Shown here in pieces: positions 17,537-28,174 of a stretch of DNA of 64,000 nt. The notes under the pieces are model-generated. The model ran no database searches. It saw only the letters and a list, made by a program, of their open reading frames with translations, and had not been told where the DNA came from. The stretch lies in NCBI GenBank assembly GCA_018335875.1, contig JAGXRN010000067.1:20688-84687 (forward strand). The letters run 5' to 3'. Each line of letters starts with the position of its first letter. The first letter of the stretch is position 1. This stretch comes from Dethiobacter sp. Its GTDB lineage: Bacteria; Bacillota; Dethiobacteria; Dethiobacterales; Dethiobacteraceae. The position numbers and the translations under genes are program-made.

Positions 17537-17640
17537 TCTACAAAAACCTGTTTCATTTTTTTGACATTCTGTAGATAATAATAAAGTGCGCGGCACAATT
17601 AGAATTAAAGAAAGCGGGTGATTGCAGGCATTAAAGAAAG

Positions 17641-18399
17641 GTGTTCCGGTCGAGGAGAGTATTAAAAAAACGCGGAGGAGTGAATATATTGGCTGAAGAA
17701 ATTTTAAGAATTGCTAATGAGTTTGGAGTTTGGGTTATTGCTGCCATCCTGGTAAGCTTGGTTGCAGTACAATCAATAATGTATGTTAAGCTTGCTTATG
17801 CTGCAGCCGACAAGATTGGCATGAGCCAAGCAACCTGTAAGACTGCTTTCAGGACAGGTCTTATCACTGCCATCGGTCCTGTAATAGCAATCTTTATTAT
17901 CATGGTTGGCATGATGTCGGTTATTGGAGGCCCCATGAGTTGGATGAGATTATCAATTATCGGCGCCGCCCCGACAGAATTAACCGCAGCCCGGGTAGGC
18001 GCAGAAGCTTATGGCGTTGGGTTTGGCTCACCGGAATACGACATGATGGCGCTGGCAACTTCATGGTGGACAATGGCCATAAATGGCGTGGGCTGGCTGC
18101 TCCTGGTGGGGCTTTTCAGCCATAAACTGGAAACTCTCAGAGATGTTATCGGGGGCGGAAATGCAAAATGGCTGGCAATGCTAAGCGGCGCCGCCATGCT
18201 TGGAGTTTTTGGCTATCTCAATTCAGGCGATGTAGTAGCGGGAGGGGCAAGGCTTGTTGCTGTAATTGTGGGCGGAATTTCCATGGTCCTAATGGTTACA
18301 GTCGTTATAAAAAAAGTCCCTGCGCTTAAGGAGTATTCACTTGGTATAGCCATGCTGATCGGCATGTTTGGGGCTGTAATTGTCAGCTTAATGAGTTAA
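17641..18399 (+). CDS. Uncharacterised polytopic membrane protein A (about 6 TM)
   Basis: Hydrophobic and Gly/Ala-rich. It is the first gene after the glycine riboswitch. The start is uncertain; TTG at 17689 lies 8 nt after GGAGGAG. Confidence 0.75.
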   Translation: MFRSRRVLKKRGGVNILAEEILRIANEFGVWVIAAILVSLVAVQSIMYVKLAYAAADKIGMSQATCKTAFRTGLITAIGPVIAIFIIMVGMMSVIGGPMSWMRLSIIGAAPTELTAARVGAEAYGVGFGSPEYDMMALATSWWTMAINGVGWLLLVGLFSHKLETLRDVIGGGNAKWLAMLSGAAMLGVFGYLNSGDVVAGGARLVAVIVGGISMVLMVTVVIKKVPALKEYSLGIAMLIGMFGAVIVSLMS

Positions 18400-18421
18400 A
18401 TTATAACTTGGAGGTGAAGTT

Positions 18422-19099
18422 ATGTCAGATAAAAATTTTAACATGGATAAAGACTGGAGAGCGCCGGCGATAAAGCTTGGCATGATTACTCTGTTGCTTG
18501 CCTCAGTTTTGTCTTTTCTGCCCGTTATATATTTATACCTGGTTCATGGAGTGATTCCGCCGGTATCACTGATGTTAAAATCCTGGGGGATGATTGCACT
18601 ACTTTTTGGCGCTTTTTATATCGTTGAGCCTGTTTCATATTACGCAGTTCTGGGCCTTGCCGGAACATACATGTCATTTTTGTCAGGAAACATTTCCAAC
18701 CTTCGTTTACCCTGCGCTGCCATGGCCCTGGATGTCACAGAGACAGAGCCCGGGACCAAAGAGGCGGAGGTAGTATCTACACTTGGTATTGCCGGCTCAA
18801 TCATTACAAACCTGATAGGTGTGACATTGGCCGCGTTTATCGGCACTGCCTTAATCAGGGTTTTCCCGCCGGTAATTGCCAATGCTTTCAGGACATATAC
18901 AGTTCCTGCTATTTTCGGGGCCGTCTTTGGCCAGTTTGCCATTAAATATCCGAAGCTGGCAATTGTTGGTTTTGCCATACCGGTGGGCCTCAGGTTATTT
19001 ACCACCCTGCCTGTGTGGGTATTAATTGCCGCTTCCGTTCTTGGCACAATTGCCGTGGCAAAACTAATATTCAGCAGGGAAACTCCTGCTTCCGTCTAA
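18422..19099 (+). CDS. Uncharacterised polytopic membrane protein B (about 6 TM)
   Basis: ATG follows GGAGGTG. The protein is hydrophobic, and the gene is tightly linked to gene A. Confidence 0.75.
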   Translation: MSDKNFNMDKDWRAPAIKLGMITLLLASVLSFLPVIYLYLVHGVIPPVSLMLKSWGMIALLFGAFYIVEPVSYYAVLGLAGTYMSFLSGNISNLRLPCAAMALDVTETEPGTKEAEVVSTLGIAGSIITNLIGVTLAAFIGTALIRVFPPVIANAFRTYTVPAIFGAVFGQFAIKYPKLAIVGFAIPVGLRLFTTLPVWVLIAASVLGTIAVAKLIFSRETPASV

Positions 19100-19109
19100 T
19101 AACCAAAAA

Positions 19110-19140
19110 AAGACCTAGAGCCTTATTGGCTCTAGGTCTT
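19110..19140 (+). other. 13-bp perfect hairpin inside the operon
   Basis: AAGACCTAGAGCC-TTATT-GGCTCTAGGTCTT. An A-run precedes it and only TTT follows, so it may be a partial terminator or a stabiliser. Confidence 0.5.
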
Positions 19141-19185
19141 TAACCAAATCAAATAGCAGCCAATTTAATTATAAAGGAGGTAATA

Positions 19186-20379
19186 ATGTTGATTAATGTG
19201 GTGGAAGAGGCCAAAAAAATTCAGGCAGAGTTAATCAGTTGGCGCAGGGAACTTCATCAATTTCCGGAAGTAGGCCTTGAATTACCCGAGACAGCTGCTT
19301 ATGTATCTAAAAAACTAACAGAGCTTGGCATTGAGCACAAAACAGGGATTGGGGTTTCCGGTATTGTCGGCCTGATCAGGGGGAAAGAGGAAGGCAAAAC
19401 AATTGCAATCAGGGCGGACATGGACGGTCTGGCTATTAAAGAAGAAACAGGCCTGCCCTTTGCCTCCCAAAACGGAAATATGCATGCGTGCGGACACGAT
19501 GCCCACACATCGATGCTTCTTGGTGTAGCTAAAATTTTAAATGAAAATAAGGACAAGTTAAAAGGCAACATTAAGCTTCTTTTCCAGGCGGCAGAAGAAG
19601 GCCCTGGAGGAGCTAAGCCAATGATTGACGACGGCGCAATGGAAAATCCCCGGGTAGACGCTGTCATCGGCCTGCATATAGGGACAATCTTCAAAGAAAT
19701 TGGCCCTGGTGTTGTTGGTGTAGCTTACGGCAACCTGATGGCGTGTCTTGACAGGTTTGACATAAAAGTTATCGGCAAGGGATGTCACGGCGCCATGCCG
19801 GATACAGGAATAGACCCCATTGTTATGGCTGCCCAGGTAGTTAACGCCCTGCAAACTATTGTCAGCAGGGAAATTAAACCGACTGAACCTGCTGTGGTAA
19901 CTATCGGAGAAATCCATGGCGGCAGGTCATACAACATCATTCCCGACGCTGTTGATATAGTGGGGACGGCGCGGGCGACCAGCCAGGATGTCAGGGAGAA
20001 AATAGCTTCCCGGATGGAAGAGATAGTGGCCTCTGTTACCAAAGCAATGAGGGGAAGCTACGAGTTTAATTACACTTTCGGCTATCCTCCATTGGTAAAC
20101 GATGCAGGCTTTACTAAAGGCTTTGTTGAAACTGCCAAAAAAATTGTGGGGGAAGAAAAGATATTTGAGATCACCAAGCCTACCATGGGCGGTGAAGACA
20201 TGGCTTTCTTTTTGGAAAAAGTGCCGGGCACATTCTTCTTTCTTGGTGGAGGGAACGAAAGCAAAGGGATCGTTACCCCACATCACAATTCCAAATTTGA
20301 TGTTGACGAAGACGTATTTTGGATCGGAACTGCCCTCCTCGCACAGGGCGCAGTAGACTGGCTGGAAAAAAACTCCTAG
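19186..20379 (+). CDS. M20D amidohydrolase (N-acyl-amino-acid / hippurate hydrolase family)
   Basis: WRRELHQFPE, ACGHDAH, GGAKPMIDDG and GGEDMAFF motifs. Confidence 0.9.
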   Translation: MLINVVEEAKKIQAELISWRRELHQFPEVGLELPETAAYVSKKLTELGIEHKTGIGVSGIVGLIRGKEEGKTIAIRADMDGLAIKEETGLPFASQNGNMHACGHDAHTSMLLGVAKILNENKDKLKGNIKLLFQAAEEGPGGAKPMIDDGAMENPRVDAVIGLHIGTIFKEIGPGVVGVAYGNLMACLDRFDIKVIGKGCHGAMPDTGIDPIVMAAQVVNALQTIVSREIKPTEPAVVTIGEIHGGRSYNIIPDAVDIVGTARATSQDVREKIASRMEEIVASVTKAMRGSYEFNYTFGYPPLVNDAGFTKGFVETAKKIVGEEKIFEITKPTMGGEDMAFFLEKVPGTFFFLGGGNESKGIVTPHHNSKFDVDEDVFWIGTALLAQGAVDWLEKNS

Positions 20380-20402
20380 TAGTATAACAGGAGGGATGTA
20401 TA

Positions 20403-21647
20403 TTGAAAATCGCAGATAAAGTCAGCAAAAACAGGATCGAGAATCAGATTAAAACACTGGCACAAATAGGCGCCACCGGTGAAGGCGGCATTACACGTCT
20501 GCCATATACAAAAGACGAGCGAGCTGCTGTTGCTTTGGTTAAAAGCTATATGGAAGAAGCAGGCCTTCAAACATTCTTCGATCAGTTCGGTAACTTATTC
20601 GGTAAATTAGAAGGCAAAAGTACTGAAGCTCCTGTTGTCATGACAGGCTCCCATGTTGATACTGTAATAAACGGCGGCGCTTTTGACGGGGTTATAGGCA
20701 CCCTTGGCGCCATCGAAGCGTTGAGAGTTATCAGGGAAAACAATATACCTCATGTTCACACTCTGGAGGCGTGTGTCTTTGTTTCCGAAGAACCTGTAAG
20801 ATTTCGGGCGGGCACATTAGGCAGCAAAGCTGCCATCGGAGACTTTACACAAAGTGATTTGGACAGACTTAAGGATAAAGATAACATAAGCTTAGCGCAG
20901 GCAATTAAGGAGTGTGGCTTTAATCCTGAACAATTGGAAAGTGTAAGAAGGGATCCGGCAAAAATAAAGTGTTTTGTGGAACTGCATATTGAACAAAGCA
21001 TTATTCTTGAGACAAAGAAACTGCCAATTGGTGTGGTAGACCAAATAGCCGCCCCAACTAACTTCCGGTTGACATTAAAAGGGAAGGCCGGGCACGCCGG
21101 GGCCACCCCTATGAACATGCGCAATGATGCTTTTATGGCTGCGGCAGAAATCGCGCTCGAAATTGAAAGAATTGCAATCACCATAGGAAAGGAAGCAGTT
21201 GGCACTGTGGGGGAAGTTAAAGTTATACCAAACGCTATAAATGTTATCCCAGGCGAGGTGATACTGGGGATTGATGTAAGGGATGTTACCTCAAAAAGAA
21301 AAGATGAAGCAATCGCGGAAATAGAAAAGTCGATCAACAACATCGCCGCCAGAAGAAATATAGAAGCTGTGATTGAGATCATTCAAAAGCAGGAACCCGT
21401 TAAAACTTCTCCTCAGATTGTAGACATTATTTCATCCACCTGCAACGAACTTGGACTGCCCTGGTGCAACATAACAAGCGGTGCGTATCATGATGCCTTA
21501 AATATGGCTAAGATTACAGACATAGGTATGATTTTTATTCCCAGTGCCGGTGGCATAAGCCATGCAAAAGAGGAATTCAGCAGTATTGATGATATTTACC
21601 AGGGTGCACGGGTGCTGGCAGAAGTTTTGGTGAAACTGGCCTCCTGA
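20403..21647 (+). CDS. M20 Zn-hydrolase (N-carbamoyl-L-amino-acid / allantoate amidohydrolase family)
   Basis: GITRLPYT, GSHVDTVINGGAFDGVIG, GHAGATPM and SGAYHDA motifs. TTG start. Confidence 0.85.
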   Translation: MKIADKVSKNRIENQIKTLAQIGATGEGGITRLPYTKDERAAVALVKSYMEEAGLQTFFDQFGNLFGKLEGKSTEAPVVMTGSHVDTVINGGAFDGVIGTLGAIEALRVIRENNIPHVHTLEACVFVSEEPVRFRAGTLGSKAAIGDFTQSDLDRLKDKDNISLAQAIKECGFNPEQLESVRRDPAKIKCFVELHIEQSIILETKKLPIGVVDQIAAPTNFRLTLKGKAGHAGATPMNMRNDAFMAAAEIALEIERIAITIGKEAVGTVGEVKVIPNAINVIPGEVILGIDVRDVTSKRKDEAIAEIEKSINNIAARRNIEAVIEIIQKQEPVKTSPQIVDIISSTCNELGLPWCNITSGAYHDALNMAKITDIGMIFIPSAGGISHAKEEFSSIDDIYQGARVLAEVLVKLAS

Positions 21648-21744
21648 CTCAAGCCTCCATTTTAATCTAGTTAAACAGAAAAATTATATTTACTTTACTT
21701 TTTATAAAAGTTACAGCATATACTATAAAAATAAATAAAAGCGA

Positions 21745-21970
21745 ATGAATCTGGCGGGAGAGGCCCAATCTTGGGACACCGAAGGAGAAACCTTTATGGC
21801 ATGGCAGTCTGGAGGGAAACTCTCAGGTATAAGTACCGGCAGGGGACGCGTCCCTGGAGAGAGCCCGCTTAACGTGGGACACCAAAGGGGTAATGCCCGG
21901 ATATCCGGGTTAATCTCTCAGGTAAAAAGGACAGGGGAAACGGCCGGTTGGTTGTTTTCCCTGTTTTTTT
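21745..21970 (+). promoter_or_regulatory. Tandem glycine riboswitch upstream of gcvT
   Basis: Aptamer 1 reads GGCGGGAGAGGCC..CACCGAAGGAG..CTCTCAGGTATAAGTAC. Aptamer 2 reads CTGGAGAGAGCC..CACCAAAGGGGTAA..CTCTCAGGTAAAAAGGACAG. The terminator is ACAGGGGAAA / TTTTCCCTGT + T7. Confidence 0.85.
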
Positions 21971-21999
21971 ATATCTAAAGTTAAAAAAGAGGTGAGAAA

Positions 22000-23103
22000 A
22001 TGTCACTCAGGAGAACGCCTTTTTATGGGAAACATATCGAGTTGAAAGGAAAGATGGTGGATTTCCTCGGTTGGTCGCTGCCTGTGCAATATGAAGGGAT
22101 TATTGCAGAAGTGCAAAAAGTAAGGCAAAGCGCCGGTATTTTTGACGTTTCCCATATGGGAGAAATTCTGGTCGAAGGCAAAGGTGCGCTTCCTTTTCTA
22201 CAGAAAATTGCTACAAACGATATCTCCCGCCTGAAGGCACACGGGATCATGTACAGCCCTGTCTGCTATAGCAGTGGTGGTACAGTGGATGATATCTTAA
22301 TCTACTGCTATAATCCTGAAAAATACCTGCTTGTTGTCAACGCGAGCAACGCCCAGAAAGATTTGGCCTGGCTAAAAGAGCACTGCAGCGGGATTGTCAC
22401 TGTCCGTGACATCTCTGAAGACATAGCACAAATCGCGCTGCAGGGGCCAAACAGCCTGGAAATACTGCTTTCACTCACAGATAAGTCGCTGGCAGTGTTG
22501 AAGTATTATACTTTTGTCCCTGAGGCAAGGGTAGCCGGCATTAAATGCCTGATATCACGGACCGGCTATACAGGCGAGGATGGGTTTGAAGTCTACTGCC
22601 AGGCAAGTGAAGCACGGGAACTGTGGGGTGAAATATGGAGCGCAGGCGGGGAAGACGGATTAGGGCTTGCTGCTGCAGGCCTTGGCGCGCGGGATATACT
22701 GCGTCTGGAGGCCGCGCTGCCCCTCTACGGCCATGAACTCACGGCAGATATTACACCCCTCGACGCCGGTCTCGACAGGTTTGTATCCTTTACAAAAGGG
22801 ATAAACTTTATTGGAAGGGGTGCATTAGTTAAACAAAAAGAGGAAGGCACTCTGAAAAGACTGTGCGGTCTTGAGATGTTGGAAAGGGGCATCGCACGGG
22901 AAGGCTACAGTGTAAGAGCGCAGGAGGAGGAAGTAGGTTGGGTGAGCAGTGGTTCTTATTCACCCACGCTGGACAAAGCAGTGGCTCTGGCGTTTTTAAA
23001 TCCTGAGCATGCACCTCTTGGAAATCAGGTTCAGGTTGTTATCCGGGGCAGGGAATACAATGCACGGGTTGTTAAAATACCTTTTTACAGGAGGGAAAAA
23101 TAA
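22000..23103 (+). CDS. gcvT: Glycine cleavage system T protein (aminomethyltransferase)
   Basis: RRTPFY, FDVSHMGE and RTGYTGEDGFE motifs. Confidence 0.95.
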   Translation: MSLRRTPFYGKHIELKGKMVDFLGWSLPVQYEGIIAEVQKVRQSAGIFDVSHMGEILVEGKGALPFLQKIATNDISRLKAHGIMYSPVCYSSGGTVDDILIYCYNPEKYLLVVNASNAQKDLAWLKEHCSGIVTVRDISEDIAQIALQGPNSLEILLSLTDKSLAVLKYYTFVPEARVAGIKCLISRTGYTGEDGFEVYCQASEARELWGEIWSAGGEDGLGLAAAGLGARDILRLEAALPLYGHELTADITPLDAGLDRFVSFTKGINFIGRGALVKQKEEGTLKRLCGLEMLERGIAREGYSVRAQEEEVGWVSSGSYSPTLDKAVALAFLNPEHAPLGNQVQVVIRGREYNARVVKIPFYRREK

Positions 23104-23510
23104 TGAAGTGGCAGGTACCTGATGGCGTATTATTTACACGTAAGCACGAGTGGGTGAGACAGGAAGAGGGAAATACCGTAGCGGTAGGTATTTCCGACTA
23201 TGCCCAGGATAAACTGGGAAGTATTGTTTTTGTTGAACTGCCTGAGATAGGGCGGGAGCTGAAGGCCCTTGAAGCAATGGCCGTAATAGAGTCTGTGAAA
23301 GCAGTGGCTGACACCTACTCACCGGTCGACGGCACAGTCGTGGAAGTAAATGAAGAGGTTCTGGACCAACCGGAGCTGTTGAACCAGGATCCTTACGGTG
23401 CAGGTTGGATGGTGAAGATAGAGCTCAAAGCAGGATATGTGTTTAGCGGCCTTTTGAACTCTCAGGAATACAAAGATCTTCTCCTGCAGGAGGAGGATGG
23501 TGCAGAGTGA
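23103..23510 (+). CDS. gcvH: Glycine cleavage system H protein
   Basis: Lipoyl-lysine motif ESVKAV, plus GISDYAQ. Confidence 0.95.
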   Translation: MKWQVPDGVLFTRKHEWVRQEEGNTVAVGISDYAQDKLGSIVFVELPEIGRELKALEAMAVIESVKAVADTYSPVDGTVVEVNEEVLDQPELLNQDPYGAGWMVKIELKAGYVFSGLLNSQEYKDLLLQEEDGAE

Positions 23511-24856
23511 GCGGAAGGCACTATCTCCCACTAACTGATGCAGAGAGGAAGGAAATGCTGTCTGCCGCCGGCGCAGCCACTGTTGAGGACTTGTTTGCCG
23601 ATATTCCCGCCAATGTCCGGCTGCAGCGCGAAATGAATCTGCCCCCGGCTCTGGCGGAAAGGGAGGCACTCCTTCATCTGGCCGCGCTTGCCGGCAGAAA
23701 TAAAAACAGTATAGACTGCATCTCTTTTCTGGGCGCAGGCATCTACGACCATTTCACACCAAGCGCAGTCAAACATGTGACTGGAAGAAGTGAATTCTAT
23801 ACATCATACACGCCATACCAGGCTGAAATCAGCCAGGGCGTACTACAGGCAATCTTTGAATACCAGACAATGATCTGTGAACTGACAGGGATGGATGTTG
23901 CCAACGCTTCACTTTACGATGGCGCCACAGCGCTGGCGGAGGGAGCCATTATGGCCTGCGGTTCGACACGCCGGGAAAAGGTGCTTGTGTCTCGTACAGT
24001 CAATCCTTTTTACAGGCAGGTCCTTGGCACATACCTCTCCAGCAGAGGCCTGCAGCTGGAAGAAGTACCGATGCTGGACGGGGAAACCGACTTAATAAAA
24101 TTGGAGGGCCTAATCGGCAGCGATATAGCTGCCTTCATACTCCAACGGCCAAATTTCTTTGGCATACTTGAAAATGTTGATAAAGTAGCTGACATCCTTC
24201 ATGCAAAAGGTGCCCTCTTAATAATGAGTGTGGACCCCCTTTCGCTGCCGCTTGTGGGGGCGCCTGCAGAGTACGGCGCCGATATTGTAGCGGGAGAAGG
24301 CCAGGGACTGGGGAATTCGCCCTCTTTTGGCGGCCCTCTGCTTGGGTTTTTCGCCTCCACCGACAAGCTGATCAGGCGCATGCCAGGACGCATTGTGGGT
24401 GAAACAGTCGATAAAGAAGGAAACAGAGGTTTTGTTCTTACACTGCAAACACGCGAGCAGCATATCCGGCGTGAGCGGGCAACATCTAATATCTGTTCCA
24501 ACCAAGCGTTAAACGCGCTGGCCGCAGCAGTTTACATGGCATGTCTGGGACCGGAGGGTATGAAAGAAGTTGCTTTTCAGTGCCTGCAAAAATCAGCGTA
24601 TGCGCGTGAAAAAATATCTTCTCTGGGGAACTACAGCATTGCTTTTAACGGTACTCACTTTAAAGAATTTGCTGTCAAAGTGCCGGGGGGCGCCCGCGCA
24701 CTTAACGCTGAACTTTTGAAAAGCAATATTCTCGGAGGTTTTGACTTAACGCCATATTACCCTGAATTAAAAAACACGATTCTTTTTTGCGTGACAGAGA
24801 ACAGAACAAAAGAGGAAATTGATATGCTTGTCCGTGTATTGGAGGGATGGAGATGA
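23507..24856 (+). CDS. gcvPA: Glycine dehydrogenase (decarboxylating) subunit 1
   Basis: Typical P-protein N-terminal half ([17 protein letters not shown]). GTG start overlaps the gcvH stop. Confidence 0.95.
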   Translation: MSGRHYLPLTDAERKEMLSAAGAATVEDLFADIPANVRLQREMNLPPALAEREALLHLAALAGRNKNSIDCISFLGAGIYDHFTPSAVKHVTGRSEFYTSYTPYQAEISQGVLQAIFEYQTMICELTGMDVANASLYDGATALAEGAIMACGSTRREKVLVSRTVNPFYRQVLGTYLSSRGLQLEEVPMLDGETDLIKLEGLIGSDIAAFILQRPNFFGILENVDKVADILHAKGALLIMSVDPLSLPLVGAPAEYGADIVAGEGQGLGNSPSFGGPLLGFFASTDKLIRRMPGRIVGETVDKEGNRGFVLTLQTREQHIRRERATSNICSNQALNALAAAVYMACLGPEGMKEVAFQCLQKSAYAREKISSLGNYSIAFNGTHFKEFAVKVPGGARALNAELLKSNILGGFDLTPYYPELKNTILFCVTENRTKEEIDMLVRVLEGWR

Positions 24857-26313
24857 GAAAGCACAAAGAGCTTCTTTTTGAAATGGGGAGAGCCGGACGG
24901 CGCGGCTATTCCTTACCAGCCTGTGACGTCCCTGTAAAACCTGTCTCTGAGCTGCTGCCCGCTTCCATGCAGCGCAAACTACCCCTTGATTTGCCCGAGC
25001 TGTCGGAGGGCGAGGTAATGCGGCATTATACAGCCCTTTCCACACGCAATCACGGGGTTGATTCCGGTTTTTACCCCCTTGGCTCCTGCACAATGAAATA
25101 CAATCCAAAGGTGAATGAAGAGGCTGCAGCGCTTGCGGGCTTTGCTTTTGCTCACCCCTGCCAGGATGAGTCAACAGTCCAGGGTGCGCTGGAACTACTC
25201 TTTAAGGCTGAAGAAAGCCTGAAAGAAATCACCGGCATGGACAGGATTACTTTCCAGCCTGTGGCCGGAGCTCACGGTGAGTTGACAGGGTTGATGATGA
25301 TTGGAGCCTACCACCGCTCGCGAAATGAAAACAGAAATAAAGTGCTGGTTCCCGACTCAGCCCATGGCACAAATCCCGCCACGGCAGCTATGGCAGGTTT
25401 CGAAGTGGTACAGATACCCTCCGATGACAGGGGCTTGGTCGATATTAGAGCGCTAAAAGAAGCATTGGGGAGCGACACTGCGGCGTTGATGCTGACAAAC
25501 CCAAATACGCTGGGCCTGTTTGAAGAGGAGATTCTGGAGATTGCAGCTGCAGTCCATGAAGCAGGAGGGCTGCTCTACTATGACGGAGCAAACCTCAATG
25601 CTGTCATGGGCTATGCCCGCCCAGGCGATATGGGGTTTGATGTTGTCCACTTAAACCTGCATAAAACATTTTCCACACCGCACGGCGGGGGCGGCCCCGG
25701 CAGCGGCACAGTGGGTGTCAAAGAAAAACTTGTGCCTTTCCTGCCGCTTCCCCTGGTGGGACGCAATGAAGAAAGGTATTACTTTGACTATGACCGCCCG
25801 GCCAGCATTGGGAAAATTCACAGTTTTCACGGTAATTTCGGCGTGGTTGTCAAAGCGTACACCTATATCTGTATGATGGGAAGCTCCGGGCTAAAACAGG
25901 TAAGCGCAGACGCCGTACTCAATGCCAATTACCTGATGAGCAGGCTTAAAAGTTCTTATAACCTTCCATACGACAGATTATGCAAGCATGAATTTGTGCT
26001 TTCCGCCCGTGAGCAGAAGAAAAATGGAGTCAGCGCCTCCGATATAGCCAAGGCTCTTTTGGACTTTGGCTATCATCCCCCCACGGTATATTTTCCCCTT
26101 GTGGTGGAGGAAGCACTGATGATTGAGCCCACCGAGACAGAAAGCAAGGAGACGCTGGACTCTTTCGCCGGGGTCATGGAAAAGATCGCATGCCTGGCCC
26201 GGGATAACCCGGCAAGGGTGAAAGAGGCGCCGCACACCACCGTGGTGGGCAGGCTGGATGAAGTTAGGGCGGCGCGCCAGCCCCGGGTCCGTTGGCGCCG
26301 CAGTGACTCCTGA
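24853..26313 (+). CDS. gcvPB: Glycine dehydrogenase (decarboxylating) subunit 2
   Basis: The PLP-lysine region is [21 protein letters not shown] at 24853 overlaps the gcvPA stop (ATGA). Confidence 0.95.
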   Translation: MRKHKELLFEMGRAGRRGYSLPACDVPVKPVSELLPASMQRKLPLDLPELSEGEVMRHYTALSTRNHGVDSGFYPLGSCTMKYNPKVNEEAAALAGFAFAHPCQDESTVQGALELLFKAEESLKEITGMDRITFQPVAGAHGELTGLMMIGAYHRSRNENRNKVLVPDSAHGTNPATAAMAGFEVVQIPSDDRGLVDIRALKEALGSDTAALMLTNPNTLGLFEEEILEIAAAVHEAGGLLYYDGANLNAVMGYARPGDMGFDVVHLNLHKTFSTPHGGGGPGSGTVGVKEKLVPFLPLPLVGRNEERYYFDYDRPASIGKIHSFHGNFGVVVKAYTYICMMGSSGLKQVSADAVLNANYLMSRLKSSYNLPYDRLCKHEFVLSAREQKKNGVSASDIAKALLDFGYHPPTVYFPLVVEEALMIEPTETESKETLDSFAGVMEKIACLARDNPARVKEAPHTTVVGRLDEVRAARQPRVRWRRSDS

Positions 26314-27182
26314 TGCAGCAACAAGACATAGAAGAGCTGCTTGAAGAGACTTGGGCTTTGCGCAGAGCCTATTTCCCGCATCGCATTGAATTTGTATATC
26401 CCATCCAGACACTGCCAGTAAGTATAACAGGAAGTGACTGTGCCCTGAACTGTGCCCATTGCGGCCGGGAATATATTAAACGGATGTCTACCCTTAAGGA
26501 GGCTGTGCAGGGTAAAAGAGGAGACTGCAAAAGCTTCCTGCTCAGCGGAGGCTGCGACACACGCGGCGCTGTTCCTCACCTGCTGCACCGTCAGGAAATC
26601 AATGAACTCGCAAGGCGGGGCCGCCTTAACATCCATGCAGGTTTGGTTGGGGAAGATGAGACAAGTGAACTGGCTAAATTGTCCACTGTAATCTCCTTTG
26701 ATTTTGTAGTGGATGACGAGACTATCGAGGAAGTCTACGGATTGCCTGTCAGCAGCGCCAGTTATATAGAGTCCTACCGCCGCCTGCGCCGCCTGACCCA
26801 CGTTGTCCCACATATTTGCATCGGCCTCAAAGGCGGTGAAATCAAGGGGGAGTACAAAGCGCTGGAGGCTCTGAAGCGCGAGGGGGCGCAAGCTATAAGT
26901 TTTATTATATTTCGACCCACTCCCAACACTGCATTTGCAGACTGCACTCCCCCCCCCGCAGCTGAAGTAGTCAGGATACTGTCAACTGCCCGCATCATGT
27001 TTCCACGCGTGCCGATTTACCTTGGCTGCATGCGTCCCGGGGGCAACTACAGAAGTATGCTGGACTGCCTGGCTATCAGGGCAGGTGTCAATAAGCTTGT
27101 CCACCCAAGCCCTGCAGCCCGCAATCTGGCTCAGGTACTGGGCCTAAATATAGTACGTAAAGAGGAGTGCTGCTCACTGTGA
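26313..27182 (+). CDS. Radical SAM protein (BioB/LipS-like), member 1 of a pair
   Basis: CX3CX2C motif CALNCAHC near the N-terminus. It is translationally coupled to gcvPB (TGATG). Confidence 0.8.
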   Translation: MQQQDIEELLEETWALRRAYFPHRIEFVYPIQTLPVSITGSDCALNCAHCGREYIKRMSTLKEAVQGKRGDCKSFLLSGGCDTRGAVPHLLHRQEINELARRGRLNIHAGLVGEDETSELAKLSTVISFDFVVDDETIEEVYGLPVSSASYIESYRRLRRLTHVVPHICIGLKGGEIKGEYKALEALKREGAQAISFIIFRPTPNTAFADCTPPPAAEVVRILSTARIMFPRVPIYLGCMRPGGNYRSMLDCLAIRAGVNKLVHPSPAARNLAQVLGLNIVRKEECCSL

Positions 27183-28174
27183 TACGCATGTCAGCCGGAA
27201 CGGCAGCCTGCCTGGGCTTAAAAACTATAAAGATGGATGTTCATCCAACCACGGCTTACCTGCTTTTGGGAGACAGCTGTACCATGAAATGTTCTTTTTG
27301 TCCTCAGGGGAAAGAAAGCAGCGGAGCAGCAGGCCGGCTCGGCAGGGTCACGTGGCCGTCTTTTTCTTTGCCGGAGTTGGAACAGGGACTGGAAAAAGCA
27401 GAAGAGTCAGGGATAAAAAGAATATGCCTGCAGGGTGTAAGGAATGAATTGAGTACAGCTGCTTTCCCGGCACTGGTAAAAAAGCTCAAAGAAATCTCGT
27501 CGCTGCCTGTCTGCACTTCTGCCTGGATTAAAGATGAAAATGAAGCTGCCCACCTGTTTGAATCCGGCGCAGACCGTGTCAGTATTGCACTTGATGCTGC
27601 CAGTGAAGAGGCGTATAAACAGTTTAAGGGCGGCTCCCTTGCACAAAGAAAAGAACTTCTTATTTCCTGTGCCCGCCGCTGGCCCGGGCGTATCAGCACA
27701 CACCTTATTTGCGGTCTGGGTGAAACAGAGCAGGAACTGCTGGCACTGACAGCAGAGCTCCTAATGGAGCAGGTAGCTGTGGCACTTTTTGCTTTTACTC
27801 CCCTTAAGGGGACTGCCCTGGCCGGCCAGCCTCCTCCAGAGGCGGGGAAATACAGGCGCATACAGGCGGCATCTTATTTGTTGCGTAAGAAACACCTTTC
27901 ATTTTCTCAGCTTGTCTTTGGCGAAAATGGCAGTCTGGAATCACTTGGCGTTACACCTGAAATGCTGCTGAATTTACTAAAAGGGAAAGAAGCGTTTTGT
28001 ACCAGCGGCTGCCCCGACTGCAACCGTCCTTATTATAACGAAAGGCCGGGGGGCTTTATCTACAACTTTCCAAGGCTCTTAACAGAGCCTGAGGAAAGAG
28101 AAGCCCTGGGGCTTATCACAGCAAGCCTGCAGGAGGTGAAAAGGAATGCGGGAAGTATGGCGGCTAATCTGTGA
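27167..28174 (+). CDS. Radical SAM protein (BioB/LipS-like), member 2 of a pair
   Basis: CX3CX2C motif CTMKCSFC, plus C-terminal Cys motif CTSGCPDCNRPYYNE. The start is uncertain (GTG 27167 or 27179, or ATG 27188). Confidence 0.8.
   Translation: MLLTVIRMSAGTAACLGLKTIKMDVHPTTAYLLLGDSCTMKCSFCPQGKESSGAAGRLGRVTWPSFSLPELEQGLEKAEESGIKRICLQGVRNELSTAAFPALVKKLKEISSLPVCTSAWIKDENEAAHLFESGADRVSIALDAASEEAYKQFKGGSLAQRKELLISCARRWPGRISTHLICGLGETEQELLALTAELLMEQVAVALFAFTPLKGTALAGQPPPEAGKYRRIQAASYLLRKKHLSFSQLVFGENGSLESLGVTPEMLLNLLKGKEAFCTSGCPDCNRPYYNERPGGFIYNFPRLLTEPEEREALGLITASLQEVKRNAGSMAANL

Noticed and set aside
20756-21382. 208-aa minus-strand ORF
   Set aside because: It is antisense to the M20 carbamoyl-amino-acid hydrolase gene. 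It is Ser/Ile-rich and low-complexity, with no RBS.
21745-21978. 77-aa plus-strand ORF upstream of gcvT
   Set aside because: It coincides exactly with the tandem glycine riboswitch and its terminator, so it is not coding.
26073-26891. 272-aa minus-strand ORF
   Set aside because: It is antisense to gcvPB and the first radical-SAM gene, which both have strong motifs. Its low-complexity composition is typical of a shadow ORF in GC-balanced coding DNA.
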